Of a DNA stretch of 64,000 nt, positions 47,601 through 57,957 are shown one piece after another; the stretch's first letter is position 1; each line of letters starts with the position of its first letter. The notes beneath the pieces were generated by a model. That model saw only the letters and a list, made by a program, of their open reading frames with translations. It did no database searches and was not told where the DNA came from. This DNA comes from Nemertoderma westbladi (Eukaryota > Animalia > Xenacoelomorpha), in assembly GCA_032718475.1 (NCBI GenBank), contig JAUCBJ010008837.1:21638-85637 (forward strand), in the 5' to 3' direction. The translations under genes were made by a program, and so were the position numbers.

Positions 47601-48690
47601 TTATACAGTATATAGGGTTGGCTTTCAGAAACTGGGGAATACCAGTTACTCTGTCCACCGGAAAACTTAAATTCGAAAAATCAAACATGTTTAGGAAAGG
47701 AGTAAACGTTGAAATTCTACTAATATTATTTTTTTTTCTATCAATTTTCTTATAATTTGCGGCGGCCAATACTGCGTATTTAAAGCATTCCCCCAGCGGG
47801 CAGTCTACGCTTACGGTACATTTTTTATTTAATAATAATTTAGAATTATTGAACCCTTGACCCTTTAAATAGGGGTTGCGTTGGGACCGCGCAATCTCAA
47901 TAGTTATTCGCTCGATGGCTATTATGCGCCAACCCGAGCCGAGGCAGAGAAACACGCTTAACAGTTGATCGATACGATTGACGGCGCCAGAAAACCAGTT
48001 ATTAAAGTCGCTATTATTCAGAATTTGATTATTGTTACCGCTAGATTTAAAACAGAATGATTCAATTTGAAATCCCTCGCTGGTTTCACGCTCCATTACG
48101 ATGTTGATTGTAAGCCAGACTCTTAAAAAAGTTCCCATGGCACTACGTAAATGGCTACTAACGTGTTCTTGAATGTGTGGAAAATTTTCATTTAATGTTA
48201 ATTCTGCGTCGAGTCTTGTTTCTGCGAGGTCGTTGTTATAGGTAAACAGTCGTCCGTGTGCGCTTCCGTTAGAGGGTGGTTGAAATGGATTGTTTGGGGA
48301 AATAGAATCTCGCGAAGTTGAAGGTTCATTATTGGAGCCGCCGCCGCCGACTTGTTCTGGAGTAGAGTTGATGGGGGATGAGTGGGAGGTAGTCGGAGTT
48401 TTGCGTTTCCGCGAAAAAAGTCGAGTATAGCATTCATGCTCAGTAAAGGATGACAGGGTGAGCGAATCCCCGCAGCGGCAATCGGCTGGCTCGTTTACGT
48501 AACTAAATCCTGTTCCCCCCTGAGGACACGAAACAAGATGGCCAACCAGTGTCTTCTTTTCCGAAGACCAAGTCGGGCAACAGTCGCATCGATATTGCGC
48601 GAAATGAATTTTAATGTGGCGAGATAAATGATCACTCCGTGTCTCTTTGTCGCAGATGGGACAGCTAACTTTATTGCTAGACATAGGCAT
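44638..48690 (-). CDS. Protein-primed family B DNA polymerase (intact, 1350 aa)
   Basis: N-terminal Zn fingers, YADIET, endonuclease VII-like DHDHYSG..RGAAC..CN, FHNLRKFD, KGVFPY, DANNLYG, KLMNNALYGK, GDTDS. Confidence 0.96.
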   Translation of the reverse strand: MPMSSNKVSCPICDKETRSDHLSRHIKIHFAQYRCDCCPTWSSEKKTLVGHLVSCPQGGTGFSYVNEPADCRCGDSLTLSSFTEHECYTRLFSRKRKTPTTSHSSPINSTPEQVGGGGSNNEPSTSRDSISPNNPFQPPSNGSAHGRLFTYNNDLAETRLDAELTLNENFPHIQEHVSSHLRSAMGTFLRVWLTINIVMERETSEGFQIESFCFKSSGNNNQILNNSDFNNWFSGAVNRIDQLLSVFLCLGSGWRIIAIERITIEIARSQRNPYLKGQGFNNSKLLLNKKCTVSVDCPLGECFKYAVLAAANYKKIDRKKNNISRISTFTPFLNMFDFSNLSFPVDRVTGIPQFLKANPIYCINLLYWSNTEELSILSQPDSAHCSGKTVLNLLFIEATSKNPAHYVAITNIDRLINSKDSNGKKTHCERCLRGFYTDKSLEEHRERCYTGKRQLEYMPENLLVKFDRYDKTLSPPFCIYADIETILEPTNNIKLPQKHIASAAAFYTVANQKLINPPKTDVQIFRDDGSNHVMRDFLTAMESHCRELYDWSIFSTNTHAPMQLTTSQQTDFNNATQCYVCNCNLTPDSHNLNLNDNLSTKVRDHDHYSGEYRGAACVSCNRKLSLKRNNFYIIFHNLRKFDMHLLLKEGMTDSSRTHWKMTVIPKNTETYIHLKVSFPIDPSTPTANAKESISINFLDSYQFMTASLDNLSSYLTKNNSNLATAIPHTLAQMTRLYPIISDNIIKNKGVFPYSYIQNISNLYETTLPPIESFYNDLKLEQCSADNYQRALTTWDELNCTTIFDYMIGYLVLDVTLLADTFEQFRSLCLTNYGLEPVMYFTAPGLTYDAALKFTQSEIQLLSDASIYSDFETNIRGGLVFLNTHSVDANIPDKPDYNSSLPEKYLIPIDANNLYGCALSQKLPYANIKLVTTPIDLATVDASGDTGYYCIVDLHYPKEIHDLTADLPLGAEKMSVPKSFLSEYMEDLWEHYNLTDKATCRPYNDTCTKLLLHQFNKVEYGIHIKLLQLYLKLGLKLTQVHRVYSFSQKYIFKDYISFNTNKRQSANNPFEVLFYKLMNNALYGKCLQKVRDRVSFRLCNSDEQCDLLLAKPNHESFVVFTPNLSGHTFTKEAVCLNQGVFIGCTILDLSKLQMYDLFYNKLKPLEQKLDCQIRCLAGDTDSLMLSVTNTPQLTFLRAMFEGGFLDTSNYSTTHPLYTIKHKAALGFVKDESCGLQYKQWVFLKPKVYSFQSYDAPIKKTAKGVSRSVVAKQLTHEDYADCFENEAMLFRYNSTFTSRKHQIFTGHVYKKALTLWDTKSYWSSKYSSKPYGHYSTKLVRPAKRVVIPPTRI

Positions 48691-49200
48691 CTTGAATCTA
48701 GAAAAATAAGTTGATTATTCATAAAAAAAAAAATAAAAAATACTGTATACTTGCTAAAAATAAAGTAAAACAGTAGGTATTAATCGGTTACTAGGCAACA
48801 ATACTGTGTTTGTACAGTTAGGCCTATTGCTGTATTGTAACAATCAGTCGGTGAAACATAAAGCAGGCAGTCGGCAGTATCTAGTGTGGAAGTGTTAGTG
48901 TACCAGCGGTTAGATAGTGGCGATAGCCAAGACACAATAGCGATGGCAGTTATTATTCGTGGAAAGAGGGTCTATAAACAGCAGTCAGTCAGTGCAGTAG
49001 TGCTAGTGATATAGTCTGCTATAAGTGATAAGTCAGATGTACCGATAGCGTTAACCAATACAAATCAACGATAGGCCTAGCTAATCGCTGTGTGAGAACT
49101 CAGTTAGTCAGTAGGATATATAGTGAAAACTGCAGTAATCATTGTTGTTCAGTAGGATCTAGGCTAACTCGAATGATGCGGTACCGATAGTCAGGTAGAC

Positions 49201-49997
49201 AAGCAGATAGACAGATGTAGGCCTATTGATCGAATGCTTCGATCACGGTTTAGGCTATCGGTATCACCGCAGTCTGACAGTAATTAATAATGAGCCTACT
49301 GCAATACTGTTGTACCGGTAGACATTAAAGGTAAATTGTTTGCTAGCGGCGTCGATAGTACCGTCAGATGGTGGAAGGCAGATTTTACTTACGGTGTTAG
49401 TAAATATTCACGGAAAGAGGAAGTTCGTGAAGAAGTTGGTTGACATGGCCGACGAGAGAATTTATCAACCGATGGAACGGAATGGTATCGGAAATTAGAA
49501 ATATTACGCGGCGGATACGCGGAAAGTTTGTTGTCGACGATGAGTGATAGCGCGGCGAAATGATACTAGAAAAATAAGTTGATTATTTGTAAAAAGATAA
49601 AAAATAATGTAAGCAGATAGGCGGATGTAGGCCTAATGATCGAATGCTTCGATCACGGTTTAGGCTATCGGTACCACCGCAGTCTGACAGTAATTAATAA
49701 TGAGCTTACTGCAATACTGTTGTACCGGTAGACATTAAATGTAAATTGTTTGCTAGCGGCATCGATAGTACCGTCAGATGGTGGAAGGCAGATTTTACTT
49801 ACGGTGTTAGTAAATATTCACGGAAAGAAGAAGTTTGGAAGTTCGATGGCGATGAGGAAGTTGGTTGACGTGGACGACGAGAGAATTTATCAACCGATAG
49901 AACGGAATGGTATCGGAAATTAGAAATATTGAAATATTACGCGTCGGATACGCGGAAAGTTTGTTGTCGACGATGAGCGATAACGCGGCGAAATGAC
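49201..49997. repeat. Tandem duplication of ~410 bp upstream of pPolB
   Basis: 49201-49562 is repeated at 49611-49997. Confidence 0.88.
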
Positions 49998-50844
49998 AAT
50001 AATACAACTATACAACTGGATAGTTGACTGACGATAACAAATAAATATTCTTAAATAAATAATATTAAATTCGAAAACAAAATAATGGTAAATGATGTTA
50101 ATCGTAACTTGCAATTGAAATAATGACCTAATATATTGGTGGGGACGTATTAAATAGCAATTCGGTTAGTAAGGGAGGCCCTTGTCTCTTAAATGAGCCA
50201 ATCAGAACGCAGCAGTAGAAATGAAGCCCGCTGATTGGCTGTTCGCGCAAAAGCGGTTACCAGGGCAACTTCTCGTGTTGATGTATCTATTAGAAAACTC
50301 TTGTAAGCATCTTGACTAATTATGTTGAGTTGGCTGTATAACAGAAGCAGGTCTGGTGCAAAGGAAAGGGATTAGTAGAGAGGAATGCGTGATTAGTGGC
50401 GCTTCATTGTTATGATACGGGCTGCCTGGATATAGGAAAGGACCCGAGTGATGCCGGTTATAGTGGGAACAATGGAGGGCCGCTTGAGCATTAGCCTTGG
50501 GCGATATACGGATTTGCTGTAGTCAAGGCCGCGATGGGATTATTAGTGAGTCAACGAAGGGGCTGCTAATAGACGGGACCGCTCATTTATATTTGCCTTG
50601 GGGGTATACGTGTAGATTCACGGCCTGTCGTATCTAGTTAATGAATAATGAGGACAGAGGAGGGGCCCCCCACCGATGAACGCAGTTGATAGTTGCCAGT
50701 AGGGAGCCGTATACCATAGCCATTATAAAGTTAAAAATAGACATTATGTCATAGTGATCTCGTTGGTAATATAAAAACTAATTAATCTAAAAATAGAAAT
50801 CAATGTATAAAGTAAAAGCAATATATACAATTAATTAATTTAAA

Positions 50845-51279
50845 ATAAAGTACAAATGAATAAATAAAGTAAAATAAAATAGAATACAAATAATTAATTA
50901 AAATTAAATATAAATAAATAAGTATTAATGAATAAAAGAGCTGCGGTGTCACTTATGACACCCTCTTGCTCCTCTCTGCGACAGTTAGACAACACTGATG
51001 ACCCATTGTGTGTCGGGGCGCTAATCAGTCTGATTAATTAGGATAATCAATTAAACCCTAATTAGGAGTCATATGACACCTGTTAGGGTTTAATTGTACT
51101 AATTAATTGATGACACCTGTCAATTAGGGTCTAATTAGCCTAATTGGGAGGTGTCAGCCAGACAGTCTGGCGCCAATGACACCCAATGACACCCATAGGG
51201 TGATAATTGGGTGTCATATGACACCCAATGGGTGTCAGTGGGGTCTAACTGTCGCAGAGAGGACCAAGACCCTACTACT
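50845..51279 (-). repeat. Right TIR of the capsid-less pPolB element
   Basis: Ends ACTACT followed by TSD TTCGTA. Confidence 0.88.
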
Positions 51280-51610
51280 TTCGTAACATCATGTTGGACT
51301 GCTTATCTTCACCTACTGCCATATCATCAGCTTCCCCGGACTCATATTCATCGTCGTCCTTGCCGGTTCCGCCAACTGCTCCATGCTCATTGTCCCTTCG
51401 TTTTGGCATCTTTTTATTTTTTTTAACAGATTCCTGATTTTTATTAGCTATCTCTACTTCTTTATGATAAACGTCCCTTACATGTTTAGGAGTCTGCCTA
51501 GTTATCCTACATTTCCAATCCAGATTTACATTAGTGAATTTATCTGCAGTCACTTTAGCGCTTACCTTCTTTTAACCTTCTAACTTCATACAGCAATTCG
51601 CCATACCTGT

Positions 51611-51623
51611 GGTGGGACCTCCA
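51611..51623 (-). other. Primer-binding site TGGAGGTCCCACC (tRNA-Gln)
   Basis: Immediately follows the 5' LTR; complementary to the tRNA-Gln 3' end GGUGGGACCUCCA. Confidence 0.8.
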
Positions 51624-51943
51624 TGTAATGAGGGCCTTCTCCCTCTAACCCGGCTCTAGCACGGCTGCTAAATTTGAACTGTCAACCAAACAATACAGCA
51701 ATAATAAGCATGATATTTATTATCAAAGTATAATATTAATAAGCAGAGAATAAGAATATGTGATTCACTTAACTGTATAACAACCTACCGGTACAAGCAG
51801 TAACCTACTTCGTATGGTACTGCAGTACTGCCTTCCTAGTCCAGTAGTCTGCTAGTCTACAACATAACTACATACAACATAACATAACTGTACTCCTGTA
51901 CTCTGTATTCTTGGTACCGATCATACAGTACATTTCTATTACA
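51624..51943 (-). repeat. Gypsy 5' LTR (320 bp)
   Basis: TG...CA; direct repeat of 30775-31107; followed by TSD TTTG. Confidence 0.95.
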
Positions 51944-52465
51944 TTTGCCTTTTTATATTTCTGGGTGACGCACAAGATTTTTTACCGCTCTACAACCGTC
52001 CATCTCTTTATGTCGGTTATACATCCGTTCAATTTACCGCTCCACAACTTTTGCTTTATTTCTTTCGAATCTTCTTTATTTTTCCCTATTTTTTATCGTT
52101 TCCTTGATCGATTGTACATTATTATTCTCCAATGTCCTTTTGTTTATGCGTATCATTTCGACGTTCAAAAACTATTTTCAAATAGAAACAATACTGCAGT
52201 TTACGCCAAAATAACAAATTACATTTCATTTGCAACTATTTCTTTATGTTTCACTTCAAATACATCAATAAATAACCAGATTTATAATTCCATCGTTCCT
52301 TTTTTATGAGCGTGTTAATATAATGAAAATTTAGCGTCACCTTGAGTATTAGTACACGCACAGATAGTAACTGAAAACATTACAATATCAGGCTCTGGCT
52401 CTTTGCTAACAGAGTCGGCATATTTGGGTGAATTTATGATTATGTAATTATTATTTATCGAGACA

Positions 52466-52723
52466 GGGAAAGGGGGGGGGGGGGGCTGGACGCAAAACTC
52501 GCCTTGGCGAATTAACATCCCGCCTCAATGTTAAATTCTCAATTTAGGGAAAGGAGCAGGTTACAGTGGCACGTTATTTTAATCAAAACAATAAATTAAA
52601 CATAAATGAACAGGTTACAGTTGTATTTTTGAGAGTAATCATATGTTATTTGCGTCAAATTTCCCCTGGAGAGGGATGAATTTTTATTGCGTCCAGTCCC
52701 CCCCCCCCCCCCCCCCCCCTCCC
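52466..52723. mobile_element. Possible MITE with poly-G/poly-C inverted ends
   Basis: G-run+CTGGACGCAA is inverted to TTGCGTCCAGT+C-run about 200 bp away; no TSD identified. Confidence 0.45.
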
Positions 52724-52835
52724 TAACTGTATTATGAGAGCATTTATATTATAGCGTACTAAACAGCTAATAAAAGAAAAATCTGTGTAAATCCAAACAA
52801 GAACTCCAAAAACTCCAAAAAAGTGGAGAAATAGC

Positions 52836-54717
52836 ATGATCAACTGCGAGGCATACAGCTCGTTCAACCTAATTGGTTCGGACCACAGAATTGTGACTGC
52901 AGAGATCAGACTCAGTTTGAGAGCCAGCAAACCCAGGACAAGCAAGCAAATCAACTATGACTGGGAGAAACTCAGAACTGACAATGCTGTAAAGGATGCT
53001 TATACAGTAGAAGTTCAAAACCGCTTTGAAGCACTTCAGTCAATGGATGAAGACCAATCCACCGATTCAATATACCAGAATATAATAACAGCCCACAAGG
53101 AATCAGCTAAGAGGCATATCCCCCAGAAACCTAAACGAAAACAGTATGTGCCATGGCAAAACTCTGAGGTTACTTGTAAGAGAGAAGATCTTAAGATAGC
53201 CTACAAAGTTAAAACCGAACAACCGAAAACATTAACAAGGTTGAGAAAGCTAAGGACGATCTTAAATTGGCCTACAACATCAGCCAGGAAGAGTACATAC
53301 AGGATAAAACTGAAGCAATTACAACTGCTCCCATACAGCAACAATCAAGACTTACTGTAAACTGTAAATGAGGTATCTGGTCGGAAAAGTTGTGCAAAGG
53401 GGCGCCTCAAAGCCGATAGTCCTGAAGAACGTGTTGGGAAGTGGAAAAATCACTTCAGCAACTTGCTTGGGCAGCCACCAAACATCGAGGTCAGCCCTAC
53501 AAGGAAAATATATGACAAGACACTACCTATAGAAACAGGGGACTTCACACCTGCCGAACTCCAAAGAAGCATTAAAAGCATGTCCAATAATAAAGCGAGT
53601 GGATTAGATGAAATCCCAGTGGAGGTATGGAAAACCGGAGTGCTAAATAGACCATTATTGAATGTTTGCAACCGGATGTTAAAAGGGGAAAAGCCACCAC
53701 CAATTTGGACTAAAGGTCAACTAAAGCCTCTCCCCAAGAAAGGAGACCTCGGCATACCAACTAACTATCGTGGGATCTGTCTGCTTGTGGTAGCTGCCAA
53801 AATATACAATAAAATGATTCTATATAGGATTAGGCCTCACATAGAGAAACTACTGCGTAAGAGCCAAAACGGATTTCGACCAAGTAGATCAACAATAGCT
53901 CAGATACTTGCACTACGGAGACTGATTGAAGGAATCAAGTCAAATAATCTCCCCGCAGTCATGACTTTTGTGGACTTCAAGAAGGCATTCGACTACATCC
54001 ATAGAGGTAAAATGCTTGAAATCCTAAGAGCTTATGGAATACCAGAAGTAATTGTTGCTGGCATTGGATTGCTATATTGTGACACAGAAGCGCAGGTACT
54101 CTCACCAGATGGTGAAACTGAGTTTTTCTCAATCCTGGCTGGCGTACTGCAAGGTGACACATTAGCACCATTACTATTTGTAATTGTGCTGGATTATGCA
54201 ATGAGGACGGCCACAAAGGGTGAAGATCTGGGATTCACACTTCAAGAACGCAGAAATAGTAGATATCCGGCAACTACAGTCACAGACACCGACTTTGCAG
54301 ATGACATCGCCCTGCTCTCTAATACGCTAGCAGATGCACAGCTTCTACTAAATAAAGTGGAGAGGGCTGCTAAGGAGGTTGGATTGCATATAAATGCTAC
54401 AAAGACCGAATTCATGACCTTTAATGTTGATGGAATCTTGACAACCATTGATAATAATCACCTAAGGAAGGTCGATGACTTCCAGTACCTTGGATCATGG
54501 ATAGAGAGTAGCAAAAAGGACATAGAAGTTAGGAAAGCAAATGCTTGGGTAGCTCTATCAAAAATGGATACCATCTGGAAATCAGATCTCTCCAGGCACC
54601 TGAAGACTAAGTTCTTTCGAGCCACAGTGGAAAGTGTATTTTTATATGGGGGTGAGACCTGGACACTGACTAAATCACTTGAACAACGAATTGATGGTTG
54701 CTACACAAGACTACTAA
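52836..54717 (+). pseudogene. RTE ORF (APE end + RT), frameshift near 53220 and stop at 53358
   Basis: Listed ORFs 52836-53360 and 53463-54776. Confidence 0.88.
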
Positions 54718-55074
54718 TTTATTTATTTATTTTATTTATTTACACGAGGGATCAAGTAGTTAAAAACAGAACATAACACAATACAATACACAATACACGA
54801 ATAAAACAATCGGTCAAACAAACACAACATCATAGTAGTTAAGTAACTTGTACATAAGGTAAACAGCAAAACGAATAAAAATAAAACACGGACATGTAAA
54901 AAGTAATGTACTGTAGTTGTCGGTAGCTAAAACAAGTGGTCGTGGGAGAGAACCACCCAGGCTCAGGGCACTTATGGGTGTGAATAATTGTATACATAGT
55001 GATTAATATAAAAAATGGTGATGATCGAAAATGAAATTAAAAATAAAAAAAAGTAAAGAAAAAAAAAACTGGAA

Positions 55075-57957
55075 TCAACGAGTGAATTTTGCGTGGGTAA
55101 GTAAGTCCGTTTTTAATAATTGCACGGAGAAAATATTTATACTTTTGGCATCAACAGCTTGTGCTGGTAATGAGTTCCATACGGGCACAACACGGTGAGA
55201 AAATGAATGCTTACAGATTTGAAGTCTACATTGGGGAACATACAGTTTATGATTATGACCACGTAGACCAGCTCTTGGGGCACTTGTGAACATCTTATTG
55301 AAATCTATATCTACTAAACCATGCTTTATACGATACAACATTTTGAGGTCGAAAATAATTCTACGCACCTCTAACGGTTGCACAGATAGATACTGTATGC
55401 GATTGAGGTAACTGACATACGGTAGTTTGCAGCGAGCGTACAATCGTCTGGTAAAGTACCGTTGTACTTTCTCAACAAGGTCAATACTTTTTTTTGTGAA
55501 AGGGGACCATATGGGTGTGCAATATTCCAGCAACGGTCTTACCAGAGTCTTGTATGCTGTTAGCAGGGCTTTAATATTAGCTGTCCGTACACTACGAAAT
55601 ATCCAGTTCAGTATTTTGTACGCTTTTGCAACTTGTTCCCTACAGTATTTATCAAATTTGAGGTCCGTACACACGATTAAACCTAGATCCTTACAGTATG
55701 TATCTGATTTAAGCACTGCACCATTTAAATTATAAACAAATTTATTATTATTTCCACCTACGTAAACAACCGAGCATTTGTGCGCCGCTACTGTTAGTTG
55801 CCATTTTCTAGTCCAGTCTTCCAAGTTTTGAAGGGCTGAGGCTAGAGAATCACAATCTTCCTCCGGTGCATAAAGCTTAAGGTCATCAGCAAATAGTTTA
55901 TTACATACAGGTAACAATGCATCAGGTAAATCATTAATAAATAAAAGAAACAATACTGGCCCCAAGACACTGCCTTGAATAGTTCCCGATGTAACTACAC
56001 AGTAGTCCGATGATTCGGTACCAACAAGTACATTTTGGGTTCTATTACATAGAAATGCACGTATCCATAGAAACAGATCTCCGCATACACCGTAGCTAGT
56101 GAGCTTTGATAGTAATTTAGAGTGAACTACCGAATCAAAGGCTTTTGCAAAGTCTATATATATAATGTCCAGGTTCTTTCGTTTATCAATTAAATTGAAC
56201 CAATCAGTAACACATTCTAGCATTTGAGTACAGGTGGATTTACGATGTAAAAAACCGTGTTGTGCCCTACTTATTAATTTATGAGAAAATAAATAATCTA
56301 TTAAAACCTGTTTAATGCGCATTTCCATGAGTTTACAAGCAATACAGATAAGGGATATAGGCCGATAGTTATAAGGATCTGACGGATCGCCTTTTTTGAA
56401 CGTTGGTATTATGTTGGCCGTCAGCCAGACAGATGGTAATGCGTGCGTTTCGAATGATACTCGAAAGATTGCTGATAATGGGGCTGCTATACAACACGCT
56501 AGTTTAACAAATAAAATAGCTGGCAATCCATCAGGGGTCCTACTCTTTTTAGACGCGAGCTTATTTAGCATAACTAACACATTAACTGGGCTGAAACCAA
56601 CACTAGACAGATTAACATTGTTACCAACTTTACGTGTAAATATTGGAACCGAGTTATTATCTTCAGTGAAGTTTTCGGAGAGAACTTCACTTAGAATTTT
56701 GGCTTTAATTTTATCGTCTACAATCGTGTCGCCCTTGTAATTTAACGGACCAACACCGGATTTATTTTTGCGTTTCGAGTTTAGGTACTTAAATATGTGA
56801 TTTCTGTCACCAGAATTCAATATTTTGGTTTCTTTCTCGCAGGTTGCCCGGTAGGCCGCTTTAGAGGCGGCTTGCGCCGCATTCTTATATTCTCGCATAC
56901 CAGATGCTGTGTGGCGGTGTCTCCACAGCAGCTTTTTGACACGTTGTAGACGTTTTACATAAATTGGATAACTTTTTTTACTAGTATTTTTTGGTGTTCT
57001 GAACGGTACAAACAGGTTAATCCCTTCTTTTAAAACATCACTAAAATTTAAGTAATAGTCATTAACTGTATTACAAAACTGAAACCGGTCATTCCAGTTA
57101 GTGTTCCGTACATATACATTAAACCCGTCGTAATCACCCTTATTGAAGTCGAAGTAGCCAACCGGTTTGTCATGACTCTGATTGTGGGCTGGGGCCAGAA
57201 TGTTGAACGAAACTCCAGCGTGGTCACTGATGGAAAACGGTTCGAATGTGCGCACGTTTGCGACAAATAGTTCATCGCTAGTGAAAACCAAATCTAGATT
57301 ACTCGAGCCACGGGTAGGCTCATGTTGTAACTGGGTTAAACTTGATTCTAACAGCAGCGCTGCGACGCGTTCATAAAGTTCGGTATTTGGGTAGATACTT
57401 TCCTTCCAGTTGAACAAAGGAAGATTGAAATCGCCAGTGATAACGCACGGGTAGTTAACATCCGATAGTAAAGACAGTGCATCGCATAGTAAGCTGCTGT
57501 TATCTGGAATCAGTAAACGCGATGGGGGTCGGTAGGCGCACACGAATCTGGACGGCGCTTTTCCAAGTAGATCGATGGCGACCACTTCGGCATCATTATA
57601 GGTGTTGGGTAGGTTTACCCGTACACAACGAAATTGATCGCGAACTAAAATTATGACTCCGCCACCATCCCTAGTTTTCCGGTCATTGCGAAACATATTA
57701 AAGTTTGTGCTAGATGTGATCATTGCATCGGGTATAGTCTCGTTCATCCATGTTTCTGTAATCGCGATGATGTCGTAACTAGTCTCCTTGAGAAATACTC
57801 CTAGATCTGACAGTTTATTTTTCAGCGAACGGGCGTTTAAGCAGCAGCAGTTTAGGATTGGTGTTTTTTTGCGATTCTCTCCCCCTATTGGTTTTCCGAG
57901 GGCGGTGAGGCCTCCGATGGATTGTTGGTAGGGTCCGAGACTGGTACATGGGTCCAC
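55075..57957 (-). CDS. LINE ORF2: APE endonuclease + reverse transcriptase
   Basis: NARSL.NK, ITETW, YRPP, GDFN, SDH; NYRPISL, QHGF, IDFAKAFD, QGSVLGP, FADD, KDLG; LRGH..KL and FSHRVV..WN.LP. Confidence 0.95.
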   Translation of the reverse strand: MDPCTSLGPYQQSIGGLTALGKPIGGENRKKTPILNCCCLNARSLKNKLSDLGVFLKETSYDIIAITETWMNETIPDAMITSSTNFNMFRNDRKTRDGGGVIILVRDQFRCVRVNLPNTYNDAEVVAIDLLGKAPSRFVCAYRPPSRLLIPDNSSLLCDALSLLSDVNYPCVITGDFNLPLFNWKESIYPNTELYERVAALLLESSLTQLQHEPTRGSSNLDLVFTSDELFVANVRTFEPFSISDHAGVSFNILAPAHNQSHDKPVGYFDFNKGDYDGFNVYVRNTNWNDRFQFCNTVNDYYLNFSDVLKEGINLFVPFRTPKNTSKKSYPIYVKRLQRVKKLLWRHRHTASGMREYKNAAQAASKAAYRATCEKETKILNSGDRNHIFKYLNSKRKNKSGVGPLNYKGDTIVDDKIKAKILSEVLSENFTEDNNSVPIFTRKVGNNVNLSSVGFSPVNVLVMLNKLASKKSRTPDGLPAILFVKLACCIAAPLSAIFRVSFETHALPSVWLTANIIPTFKKGDPSDPYNYRPISLICIACKLMEMRIKQVLIDYLFSHKLISRAQHGFLHRKSTCTQMLECVTDWFNLIDKRKNLDIIYIDFAKAFDSVVHSKLLSKLTSYGVCGDLFLWIRAFLCNRTQNVLVGTESSDYCVVTSGTIQGSVLGPVLFLLFINDLPDALLPVCNKLFADDLKLYAPEEDCDSLASALQNLEDWTRKWQLTVAAHKCSVVYVGGNNNKFVYNLNGAVLKSDTYCKDLGLIVCTDLKFDKYCREQVAKAYKILNWIFRSVRTANIKALLTAYKTLVRPLLEYCTPIWSPFTKKSIDLVEKVQRYFTRRLYARCKLPYVSYLNRIQYLSVQPLEVRRIIFDLKMLYRIKHGLVDIDFNKMFTSAPRAGLRGHNHKLYVPQCRLQICKHSFSHRVVPVWNSLPAQAVDAKSINIFSVQLLKTDLLTHAKFTR

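Larger units (their letters stand above)
36265..51279. mobile_element. Capsid-less, integrase-less Polinton-like pPolB element (15.0 kb)
   Basis: AGTAGTAGGGTCTTGG...CCAAGACCCTACTACT termini; 6-bp TSD TTCGTA at 36259-36264 and 51280-51285; removing it restores Gypsy gag (NMMLR|MFNSMM). Confidence 0.93.
30775..51943 (-). mobile_element. Gypsy/Ty3 LTR retrotransposon (about 6.1 kb own sequence) split by the 15-kb pPolB element
   Basis: TG...CA LTRs at 30775-31107 and 51624-51943; 4-bp TSD TTTG; PBS and PPT; gag-PR-RT-RH-IN order. Confidence 0.95.
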
